DNA of 64,000 bases. Source: Anthoceros angustus. Lineage: Eukaryota; Plantae; Anthocerotophyta. The stretch covers positions 922,856 to 986,855 of the forward strand of contig MU008176.1 of NCBI GenBank assembly GCA_010909165.1. The letters run 5' to 3'. Below, piece by piece: positions 13,358-22,055 of this stretch. Every line of letters begins with the position of its first letter. The first letter of the stretch is position 1. The translations under genes were made by a program, and so were the position numbers. The notes beneath the pieces are model-generated. The model made no database searches, had not been told where the DNA came from, and saw only the letters and a list, made by a program, of their open reading frames with translations.

Positions 13358-13687
13358 GTATAGAAGTAGGAAAGTAAAATTGAGACGGTCTCAATCATGT
13401 GTATTGAGAAATACTGTGGCTCGCTTTTCTACTTTTGAAAAAAAGCCGAGTTCGGCCCCAGATTGTGCAGCCTTCCTACCACAGGTTCCGTTCAGTATCA
13501 TCCCATAGACTAGTTAGAGGGAGGTATATTCGTACAGTGTTTGCAGTTTGTTTTTTGCTTCACACATTTTTTCCACGGTGTATGGGAGTGCTCTTGGATT
13601 GTTTGTTGGAGGAAGAGGTAAGCGGCCAATGCATCCTCAGGCATGTCTTCCCGCGACACCTCGTTTCAGGCTTGCTTTATTCTCAGG

Positions 13688-13762
13688 ATGTACCGGCCCC
13701 CTCATGTCTGCCCACCAGCTCGGGCCTAGCTGCTGCCAAGCCCTGATCCCAGTTCTCCTGCT
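13688..13762 (-). pseudogene. Isolated relic of a PPR E2/PG-box segment (WW type)
   Basis: Minus strand reads SRRTGIRAWQQLGPSWWADMRGPVH, compared with ARRMKIRAGKQPGQSWWTDMNGVVH in the PPR at 17616-20552. Confidence 0.7.
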
Positions 13763-13856
13763 GGGATTAGGGCTCCCGTGAGTGCTCTCAAATCTCAAGC
13801 AGCGCTTGAATGTGACTATCGTTTTTCATGTCTCCCGCTTTGGTTCTTTCTTGCTT

Positions 13857-16385
13857 TCATGAAAACGCTGGTTCAGTCTTGCTGGCTTCCGGGAGCTTCT
13901 TACCGACCAAGAAAGTGTGCACCATTCCGTCCATGTCCGTCCACCACGTCTGGCCAGCCTGCTTCCATGCCCCACTTTCTCTTCTGCATGCCTGCATCTC
14001 CTGTGCCTGCTCCCACATCTGGGCACTCGTGTATATATTTGACATCAACACATATGCTGAAGAATCTTTTGTATCCAGCTTCAGTGCTTCATCGAAAGCA
14101 TAGCGTCCCACCTCTAGGTTGCCCCACTTTTGACAAGCAGCCAAGAGTGTGTGCCAGATTGCAGCATTGGGCAGTATAGGCATTGTTCTTGCTACAGCCA
14201 GTGCCTCGTCTAGTTCTCCTGCACGACCCAAGAGATCCACCATGCATGTATAGTGGTCCGCCGTGGGAGTGACACCGTAGTGTTTGCTCATATTGTTGAA
14301 GTACTCTCGCCCCTTGCTCACTAGACCTGTATGACTACAAACTGTTAGTACACAAAGGCACGTGACGCTGTCGGGCTGTATGCCATCGTTTGTCATTCTG
14401 GGGACCAAGTCAAAGACTTTTTCGCTGTCTCCTTGACGGCTGTATCCTGATATGAGTGCACTCCAGGTGAGAGCATCTCTTTCGCACAACACATCGAACA
14501 CCTGCTGTGCATCCACCATGCTCCCCGCCTTTGCGTACATGTTTATCAAACTGTTGCCCACAGTGACATCGATGTGAAGGCCTTGATCTTCAATCTGTGC
14601 ATGTAGCTGCCTTCCAACGTGCAATGCTCCCAGACTTGCACATGCTTGAAGGAGGCACACAAATGTCACAGAGTTGGGTGTAACAATGCCTTCTTGTTGC
14701 ATCGCCTTGTAAAGACGAAGGGCTTCCTGCCCAATGCCCTTTTGGGAATATCCTGCTATCATGGCATTCCATGTCACAACATCTTTATGAGGAAGTCCAT
14801 CGAACACAGTCTGAGCATCCTCGAGACTCCCACACTTGGCATACATATGTACCAAACTGTTGGCTACAAACACATCTGCTTGAAGTCCTTGGTCTCTAAG
14901 TTGTGCGTGAAGCTGCTTCCCCTTCTCCAATGCCAGTGAGCCTACACTTGCGCATGCCTGCAAGAGGCAAACATATGTCACAGAATCCAGTGCAATGATG
15001 CCTTCTTCTTGCATAGCTTTGTAGAGACGAAGGGCCTCCTGCCCCATGCCATGTTTCGAATATCCTGCTATCATGGCACTCCATGTTACCAGATTCTTTT
15101 GTCCAAGTCCATCAAACACGCCCCGTGCATCCTCTATTCTGCCACACTTGGCATACATGTTCACCAAACTGCTGGCTACAAATGCATCTGCTTGAAGTCC
15201 TCGGCCTCGAATCTGCACATGAAGCTGCCTCCCTTTCTCCAAAGCCGGAGTGCCCACACTTGCACATGCCTGCAGCAGGCACACAAATGTCACAGAATCA
15301 AGTGCAATGATGCCGTCTTCTTGCATAGCCCTGTACAGACCAAGGGCTTCCTGTCCCATGCCTTGCTTGGAATAACCTGCTATCATAGCGCTCCATGTCA
15401 CCAAATCCTTTCGAGGAAGCCCGTCAAAGACTCTCTTAGCGTCTTCCAAGTTCCCACACTTTGCATACATGTCTACCAGGCAGCTGCAAACAAACATATC
15501 AGGCTCAACGCCAATAGTCAACACATCAGCATGTACCTGCTGCCCGGATTTCAAGTCTGCTCCTCTGGCACAGGCCTGAAGAGCTGGTACAAACACATGT
15601 CCATCTGGCTTCACACCTGTCCTGCGCATCTTATGATACAACTGTATGGCCTGCTTATCTTGCCTATGTTTAACGTGGGCAGAAATTATGGCAGACCACG
15701 TGAAGGCATCTGGTTTGTCAACCGTAATGAACACGTTCATAGCTTCTTGAAGTCTGGCATGAGAAACATACATCCGCAGAATGTGATTGCACATGAACGT
15801 GTCCGACTCATACCCCTTCTCCACGATGAGGGCATGAACACGGCGACCCAGAAGCAGATCCTTCTTAGCCACGCATTTCTTTAAGACCGTATAAAGCAGA
15901 GACCTGGAAATGTGCCACTCTGCCTGCACCAGAACTCCCAGAGCTTCAACGGCCTGACGGAGCTGCCCCTGTTCACATAGTTCGCTCACGGTTTCAGCAG
16001 ATATTCCCATTTCCCGGTATGCAGGCCTGCCAGGGCCACGGTCATGTGCCAAGCTGCTATTGAATGTACGATCCACCTGCATATCCAGAGCAGCCAGCGC
16101 CCGAGCTGGTCTGTGGCAATTGCTCTGCCAGAGGACCTCCTGGAGCTGCCCATGCCAGAAGCCAGGCGCACGGGAGCTCCTCCTTGGACGAGCTGGCTTT
16201 CTTGCACAGGTGCTGTACCTCCCGGCTTCGTTGTTTGCCAACACTAGGTCCCTTGCAGTCAGCTGAACGGGTGCTCTTTCTAGACTAGATGCCAACCCAC
16301 TTCGTTGTCGGTTCCACAAATACTGTGCCCACAATGGATCCTGTTTCCCTTTGCATGAATCAAGTCCAAGGCTCCAAACAACCAT
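13857..16385 (-). CDS. PLS-class pentatricopeptide repeat protein (E/E+ type, truncated WW-type DYW), 842 aa; organellar RNA-editing factor family
   Basis: Intronless ORF with P (VTWSAMIAGY), L (VTFVCLLQACA) and S (SLVNMYAKCG) motifs, S2 HYTCMVDLLGRAG, E1 AIWHTLLAAC, E2 AYVLMSNIY and PG box KQAGQTWWTDM. No HxE/CxxC motifs. ATG at 16385. Confidence 0.95.
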   Translation of the reverse strand: MVVWSLGLDSCKGKQDPLWAQYLWNRQRSGLASSLERAPVQLTARDLVLANNEAGRYSTCARKPARPRRSSRAPGFWHGQLQEVLWQSNCHRPARALAALDMQVDRTFNSSLAHDRGPGRPAYREMGISAETVSELCEQGQLRQAVEALGVLVQAEWHISRSLLYTVLKKCVAKKDLLLGRRVHALIVEKGYESDTFMCNHILRMYVSHARLQEAMNVFITVDKPDAFTWSAIISAHVKHRQDKQAIQLYHKMRRTGVKPDGHVFVPALQACARGADLKSGQQVHADVLTIGVEPDMFVCSCLVDMYAKCGNLEDAKRVFDGLPRKDLVTWSAMIAGYSKQGMGQEALGLYRAMQEDGIIALDSVTFVCLLQACASVGTPALEKGRQLHVQIRGRGLQADAFVASSLVNMYAKCGRIEDARGVFDGLGQKNLVTWSAMIAGYSKHGMGQEALRLYKAMQEEGIIALDSVTYVCLLQACASVGSLALEKGKQLHAQLRDQGLQADVFVANSLVHMYAKCGSLEDAQTVFDGLPHKDVVTWNAMIAGYSQKGIGQEALRLYKAMQQEGIVTPNSVTFVCLLQACASLGALHVGRQLHAQIEDQGLHIDVTVGNSLINMYAKAGSMVDAQQVFDVLCERDALTWSALISGYSRQGDSEKVFDLVPRMTNDGIQPDSVTCLCVLTVCSHTGLVSKGREYFNNMSKHYGVTPTADHYTCMVDLLGRAGELDEALAVARTMPILPNAAIWHTLLAACQKWGNLEVGRYAFDEALKLDTKDSSAYVLMSNIYTSAQMWEQAQEMQACRRESGAWKQAGQTWWTDMDGMVHTFLVGKKLPEASKTEPAFS

Positions 16386-16609
16386 GGCTCACAGGAGCAA
16401 GGGCTGGAGCTTGGTCGAGGAGTAACCTGGACACGACCAGCTTGCAAATCGTCAGATACGTGCCCTGCCAATGGAGCATAGCACTTGATTCAAACGAACA
16501 TATGACAAAAGGGAGATAGTGCCGAGAACGTGTAGAGGATTTTACAGACGTCTTTCAGCGTCTTGTTTGTATGTACGCATTTGTCGACTAGATTCCTAGG
16601 CGTGGGCAA

Positions 16610-17525
16610 CCATTTGGACCAAGGTTCCACTTCATTCAGTGGCTTACTCACATCCGTGGGTCTTCATGGGTGGTTAACGGTATTTATCCAGAGATGAGAT
16701 GATGAAAAGCGGCGGCCTAAGAATACAACTATGAACTGGAAATCAAAGTTGCCCCATGATGCCATCAAACGCAAGATAACACAACATACTCGTTTCACCT
16801 GCTTGCCGTATTGGTTTACACATCAGGCAGCAAAAGCAGCAATGTATCTGGTTAGACCAGGAACACGCGCCTTTTAGTAGTCCTCAGAAACATCTGCCTC
16901 CCTCTAATCTCGGACTCTGGATCCCTTGACAGATAGTTGACTCCTTTACTTTCGTTGTAACAAATCAGATTGCACAGAAGAGTATGGGGATACTTTCTGC
17001 TGTCTTGTTCAGGGGCCCATGCTAAAGCCAGCTGCAAACAGCTTACCCTCCACTCCGTCAACAGGTTTCTGTTGTCTTGTTCAGGGGCCCATGCTAAAGC
17101 CAGCTGCAAACAGCTTACCCTCCACTCCGTCAACAGGCTTACATCCATTGTCCTTGCCAAGGACAGGGCCAAGGTTCTACTTCATTTAGGGGCAGCCAAG
17201 GTCCTACTTGTTTCACTGGCTTCCTCACCTCCATGGTCTTCAGGGATGGTTGTTGGTATTCTATCCAGGTTTAGATGATCGATCTAGTGGCAGCCTAAGA
17301 ATCCAACTATGAACTGGAAATCAAAGTTGCCCCATGACGGCATCAAACACAAGATGTCATACAGCATACTCATTCCACCTGCTGTATTGGTCTACATATT
17401 TTGCAGTGATCTGTCGTAGACCAGAAACTAGCCCTGAGCAGTGATCCTCCACAAACACCTGCATTCTTGCATTCAGATATCTGACTTGCATCCCTTCAAC
17501 GGATAGTTCGCTCCCTTATTTGCGT
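16610..17525. repeat. Diverged ~330-bp direct duplication (~16610-16955 versus ~17190-17525) between PPR genes
   Basis: gcctaagaat(a/c)caactatgaactggaaatcaaagttgccccatga and its flanks are shared; boundaries are approximate. Confidence 0.85.
16994..17137. repeat. Near-perfect 2 x 72-bp tandem duplication
   Basis: tttctg(c/t)tgtcttgttcaggggcccatgctaaagcc...ccgtcaacagg at 16994 and 17066. Confidence 0.95.
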
Positions 17526-17615
17526 TCTGATTAATGAACATCACCTCGGAGCTTTGCACAATGAAGTACAGAGCTACCCTCCAATCCGTCATCAGACATC
17601 TCTCCTGTTGCCTTG

Positions 17616-20552
17616 TCAGATGTGGCACATTCTTTTGTCATGTTGCTCAATCCCTGAAGGCGTTGAATCCCCAACCAGAAAACTGTGCACCACTCCATTC
17701 ATGTCTGTCCACCAGCTCTGCCCTGGTTGTTTCCCTGCCCTGATTTTCATTCTCCTTGCCTGCATGTCCTGTGCCTGTTCCCACATTTGGGCACTGGTAT
17801 ATATGTTGGACATCAACACATACGCCGCAGCATCGTTCTTGTCTAGCTTCACTGCTTCATCGAAAGCATGTCGCCCCACGTCTACGTTGCTCCACTTTCG
17901 ACAAGCAGCCATTAGAGTGTGCCAAATTGCAGCATCAGGCAGGACAGGCATTGACCTTACTAAGGACAGGGCCTCATCCAGGTGTCCTGCACGACCCAGG
18001 AGATCCACCATGCATGTGTAGTGGTCCGCTGTGGGAGTGATCCGATCACGTCTGCTCATAGCCTCGAAGTACTCTCGTCCCTTGTCCACTAAACCCGTAT
18101 GACTGCATACCGTTAGTATACTGAGGAACGTGACACTGTCTGGCTGTATGCCGTTGTTTCTCATTGTGCGCACCAAATTGAAGACCTGGTCACTGTCACC
18201 TTGGCAAGTGTACCCTGCAATGAGTGCACTCCAGGTGACCACATTTTTTTTGGGCAAAGCATCGAACACCTCCTGTGCATCAACCATGCTCCCAAGCTTT
18301 GAATACATGTTTATCAAACTGTTGCCTACAATGCAATCAGATAGAAGCCCTTGTTCTTTGATCAAGGCATGCAGCTCCCTTCCCACATGCAATGCTGCAA
18401 CCGTTGCACATGCCTGGAGAAGGGGCACAAATGTTGCTGAATCGGGTCCAACAATCCCTTCCTCTTGCATAGCCCTGTAAAGACCAAGAGCTTCCTGACC
18501 CATTCCCTTCTGAGAATATCCTGCTATCATGGCATTCCACGTCACCACATCTTTCTGAGGAAGTCCGCTAAACACGCCCTGAGCATCCTCTACGCTGCCA
18601 CACTTTACATACATGCTTACCAAAGTGTTCGCTACAAACACATCTGCTTGGAGCCCTTGTTCTCTAATATGTGCATGAAGCTGCTTGCCCTCTTCCAAAG
18701 CCGGGCTGCCCAGACTTGCACATGCCTGCAGAAGGCAAATAAACACCCCGGCGTCGAGTGCAACAATGTCTTCTTCTAGCATTGCGGAGTAGAGACGAAG
18801 GGCTTCCTGCATCCCGCCCTCCTGGGAATATCCTGCTATCATAGCACTCCACGTTACTATATTCTTTTGTTCAAGACTGTCAAACACACCCCGAGCATCC
18901 TCTAGGCTGCCACACCTTGTATACATGTTTACCAAACTGCTTGCAACAAACTTATCAGCCTGAAGTCCTTGTTGTCGAATCTGTGCATGAAGCTGCTTCC
19001 CTTTCTCTAAAGCTGGTGTGCCAAGACTTGCACATGCCTGTAAGACAGACACGAAAGTTATGGAATTGGGTGCAATAGTGCCTTCATCTTGCATAGCTCT
19101 GTACAGTAGAAGGGCTTCCTGCCCTATGCCCTGTTGGGAATATCCTGCTATCAAGGCACTCCATGTCACCACATCTTTCTGAATAAGTCGGTCAAAGACA
19201 CCCCGAGCATCCTCCAGGCTGCCACACTTTGCATACATGTGAACCAAACAGTTGGCCACAATAACATCAGCTTCAAGTCCTTGTTCTCTAATTCGTGCAT
19301 GAAGCTGCTTTCCCTTCTCCAAGGCTGAAGTGCCTAAACTTGCACATGCCTGCAGGAGACACAGAAATGTCACAGAATCCAGTGCAACAATGCCTTCTTC
19401 TTGCATAGCCCTGTACAGACCAAGGGCTTCCTTCCCCATGCCCTGCTGGGAGTATCCTGCTATCATGGCATTCCATGTCACCACATTCTTTTTATCAAGT
19501 CCGTCGAACACTTGTTGAGCGTCTTTCAAGCTGCCACACTTTGCATACATGTCCACCAGGCAAGTGCAGACAAACAAGTCAGGCTGAACGCCACTAGCCA
19601 GCACATCACCATGGACCTGTTGCCCAGATGTCAAGTCTGCCCCCTTTGCGCACGCTTGAAGGGCTGCTACAAACACATGGCCATCTGGCTTAACACCTGA
19701 CCTGCGCATCTGATGATACAACTGTATGGCCTGCACATCTTGTCCGTGCTTAACATGCGCAGATATTATAGAAGACCACATGAATGCATCTGCTCTGGCA
19801 GCCATAGTAAACACATCCATAGCTTCTTCCAACTTTGCATGAGAAGCGTACATGCGCAGTATGTGGTTGCACAAGAACGTGTCCGACTCATATCCCGTCT
19901 TCACGCTCAGAGCATGAACACGGCGACCCAGAGGAAGATCCTTCTTAGCCATGCATCCTTTCAGCACCGCATAAAACACAGAATTAGGAATGTGAGAGTC
20001 TGTGAGCACCAGAACACCCAGAGCCTCAACGGCCTCGGCGAGCTGCTCATGCTGACATAGTTTCCTCACGATTTCAGCCGTGACGCATGCTTCATATCCT
20101 ACGGACCCGAGGTGGTCACGAACATCCGGCAGGAATGTACGACCCATCTGCATATTGAGAGCAGCCAGCTGCCCATCCACCGAACCTGCCTTGCAGCAGC
20201 TGTTTAACCAGAGGACCTCCTGGGACTCCCTATTGAAGAAGCCAGGCGAGCACGAGCTCGTCTTCTGTTTCCTGTTATCCCACAAAAGCATTGGAGCCAA
20301 AACGAATTGCCGGCCCAAGAGCTCTTCACGACGACCCTTGATGGAAGATCGGTCTCCGGCTGGACCTCCTCTTGTAAGGGCTGGCTTTCTAGCCAAGGTG
20401 CCGCACCTTGCATTGTTTGCCACCAGCTGGATCCTTGGGGTCGAACGAGGGCAAGCTCCTCCTAACCCACTACCGTGTTCCGTCCACCAAAACGATCCCC
20501 AGGGTAGATCCTGTTGCCTTTGGATTGGATCACTAGCAACGGAAACGGCCAT
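17616..20552 (-). CDS. PLS-class PPR protein (E/E+ type, truncated WW-type DYW), ~978 aa
   Basis: Intronless, four internal PLS triplets, ending KQPGQSWWTDMNGVVHSFLVGD. The first in-frame ATG (MAVSV...) is at 20552 and aligns with the paralogue starts; the ORF-track start at 20579 is TTG. Confidence 0.95.
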   Translation of the reverse strand: MAVSVASDPIQRQQDLPWGSFWWTEHGSGLGGACPRSTPRIQLVANNARCGTLARKPALTRGGPAGDRSSIKGRREELLGRQFVLAPMLLWDNRKQKTSSCSPGFFNRESQEVLWLNSCCKAGSVDGQLAALNMQMGRTFLPDVRDHLGSVGYEACVTAEIVRKLCQHEQLAEAVEALGVLVLTDSHIPNSVFYAVLKGCMAKKDLPLGRRVHALSVKTGYESDTFLCNHILRMYASHAKLEEAMDVFTMAARADAFMWSSIISAHVKHGQDVQAIQLYHQMRRSGVKPDGHVFVAALQACAKGADLTSGQQVHGDVLASGVQPDLFVCTCLVDMYAKCGSLKDAQQVFDGLDKKNVVTWNAMIAGYSQQGMGKEALGLYRAMQEEGIVALDSVTFLCLLQACASLGTSALEKGKQLHARIREQGLEADVIVANCLVHMYAKCGSLEDARGVFDRLIQKDVVTWSALIAGYSQQGIGQEALLLYRAMQDEGTIAPNSITFVSVLQACASLGTPALEKGKQLHAQIRQQGLQADKFVASSLVNMYTRCGSLEDARGVFDSLEQKNIVTWSAMIAGYSQEGGMQEALRLYSAMLEEDIVALDAGVFICLLQACASLGSPALEEGKQLHAHIREQGLQADVFVANTLVSMYVKCGSVEDAQGVFSGLPQKDVVTWNAMIAGYSQKGMGQEALGLYRAMQEEGIVGPDSATFVPLLQACATVAALHVGRELHALIKEQGLLSDCIVGNSLINMYSKLGSMVDAQEVFDALPKKNVVTWSALIAGYTCQGDSDQVFNLVRTMRNNGIQPDSVTFLSILTVCSHTGLVDKGREYFEAMSRRDRITPTADHYTCMVDLLGRAGHLDEALSLVRSMPVLPDAAIWHTLMAACRKWSNVDVGRHAFDEAVKLDKNDAAAYVLMSNIYTSAQMWEQAQDMQARRMKIRAGKQPGQSWWTDMNGVVHSFLVGDSTPSGIEQHDKRMCHI

Positions 20553-20835
20553 AGCCAGCAGAAGCAAGCAGTGCAACAACGCATGTCCAGGGTACTAGCC
20601 ACTGCGACGTATTACTAGCTTGCGCGACATATCTGTTGGCGTGAACGTCAAAATCGTAGACTACGATCGAACCAATGCCTTTCAAATGCAGTCTGGTCAC
20701 ACCTCACAGACTCCAATCCATGTTCGCGCCATGCAAGGTGGCCGCGATCCATGCACCATCCAGTGGAAGCGCAAAATTAGAGGTTATTTAGAATAATCCT
20801 TGTTTATTTCGGTTTGGTTCCCCCGGGTTGGGGGG

Positions 20836-21033
20836 TGGGGTGCGCCTGGCTTTGGAAATAGTGCAATACCAAAGCGACGCGCGCAGGACCGAGATAGCCA
20901 GCTATCTCATGCGGTCCTGCCCCCTGAAAGAAATTAGATTAATATCATGTGAGTCGATGACCCACGTATCAGATATTAAACTGATAAGAACAGATACTAC
21001 ACTTGATCTTAGCCAAAAGGCCGAGAAAGGTAT
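20836..21033 (-). ncRNA. U2: U2 spliceosomal snRNA
   Basis: Minus strand begins ATACCTTTCTCGGCCTTTTGGCTAAGATCAAGTGTAGTATCTGTTCTTATCAGTTTAATATCTGATA (branch-point recognition GTAGTA intact). Stem III gcaggaccg...cggtcctgc; stem IV loop ATTGCACTA; ~198 nt. Confidence 0.97.
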
Positions 21034-21056
21034 GAGAGGAAATGAGAGAGTGCCGG

Positions 21057-21106
21057 ATATATGTTCCAATCTCGGGGCCCGACTTTTTCTCTCCGCAATA
21101 TGGGGT
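21057..21106 (-). promoter_or_regulatory. snRNA promoter: USE-like element (ACCCCATATTG, 21096-21106) and TATA-like box (21057-21062)
   Basis: USE-like sequence at about -63 to -73 (plant consensus RTCCCACATCG) and ATATAT at about -24 to -29. The ~33-bp spacing fits plant Pol II snRNA promoters. Confidence 0.6.
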
Positions 21107-22055
21107 ATATATTTTCTCCCAACTGAATTCCTATGAGTTCACGTTGAAGCTGCTGGAGCCTGGAACACCCAGAATACTGAGCCGCGCAAACCCGCAGATT
21201 TCTCCCAGAAGTTTTGGTTTGTGATCAGTTGTGATAGCCGGCTTCTCTCGCTGAAGCTGGCGTCGGGTTGTCGTCAACAGGATTGCTCTTGACATACATT
21301 TCTTCTCCCGCTGTTAGATCGAGTGTGCATGGATTTACCACACAGTTGACATCAAAACCAGGATGAAACCTCCTACCTATTCCAGCGGTAGAAGGTGACG
21401 ATTGTGCCAGAGCGATAACTCACTCTCATCCTGTGGTGAGAGCATGGGGCTTCTACTTGCTCATGTAAGGTCCTGTCAACAACATCTGATGAGTTTTGTC
21501 ATGTGTTGTGAAGTCTTCTGCTACCTTTCTCGACAACCGGAACAAATTGAAAACTGAGATGTCCCCTCTGCTTGTAGTGGATGGTAAGACGATGGTTGGC
21601 ACGCCATGGTGAAGCACACACAGTGCAGCTCATGCTGTGGAACAACGAATAGGTTTTGCCGAGGCTTGAAGCTGCGTCGTCTGTAGTGTGAGGTGGTTCT
21701 ACTTCTGTCTTGCTGGTTTTGTTGCTGAGCGTTTCGGCGGATAACAGAATCAAAAGGTTTTGTTTGTACAGAAGTTTAGGGTACGTCAAGAACGATGACA
21801 TGTCGATAGGACACTGTATCACGGACATGTAACCGTCAAGCGCAGGATTCGGACCTATCACCCCTTCGAGTGTAAGTGACGGCTACACCAACTCGGCCAT
21901 CCTGACACCGGAATGCAAGGGATTAGGAACTAAGAATTAAACCAAGATGCTCTACATCAGAGGCAGGTCTGCTGCAGCCACTGCAGATGCATCAGGAGCA
22001 GGAGCAAAATGTTGAATTCTGCGGTGACTTCCCCATCCTCGGAAGTTTGTTCCTG

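Larger units (their letters stand above)
1..13409. repeat. Tandem array (macrosatellite) of a ~3.49-kb unit, ~3.8 copies, probably continuing left of the window
   Basis: The anchor gggatggcagccatggtctcaccct recurs at 1, 3503, 6987 and 10484 (periods 3502/3484/3497). Copies are colinear and differ mostly by 1-3 nt indels. Similarity ends at ~13409 (gtattgaga|aatactg versus gtattgaga|tattacaa). Confidence 0.97.

Noticed and set aside
1-13409. rDNA/5S or snRNA tandem array
   Set aside because: No rRNA, 5S, tRNA or snRNA sequence was recognisable in the 3.5-kb unit.
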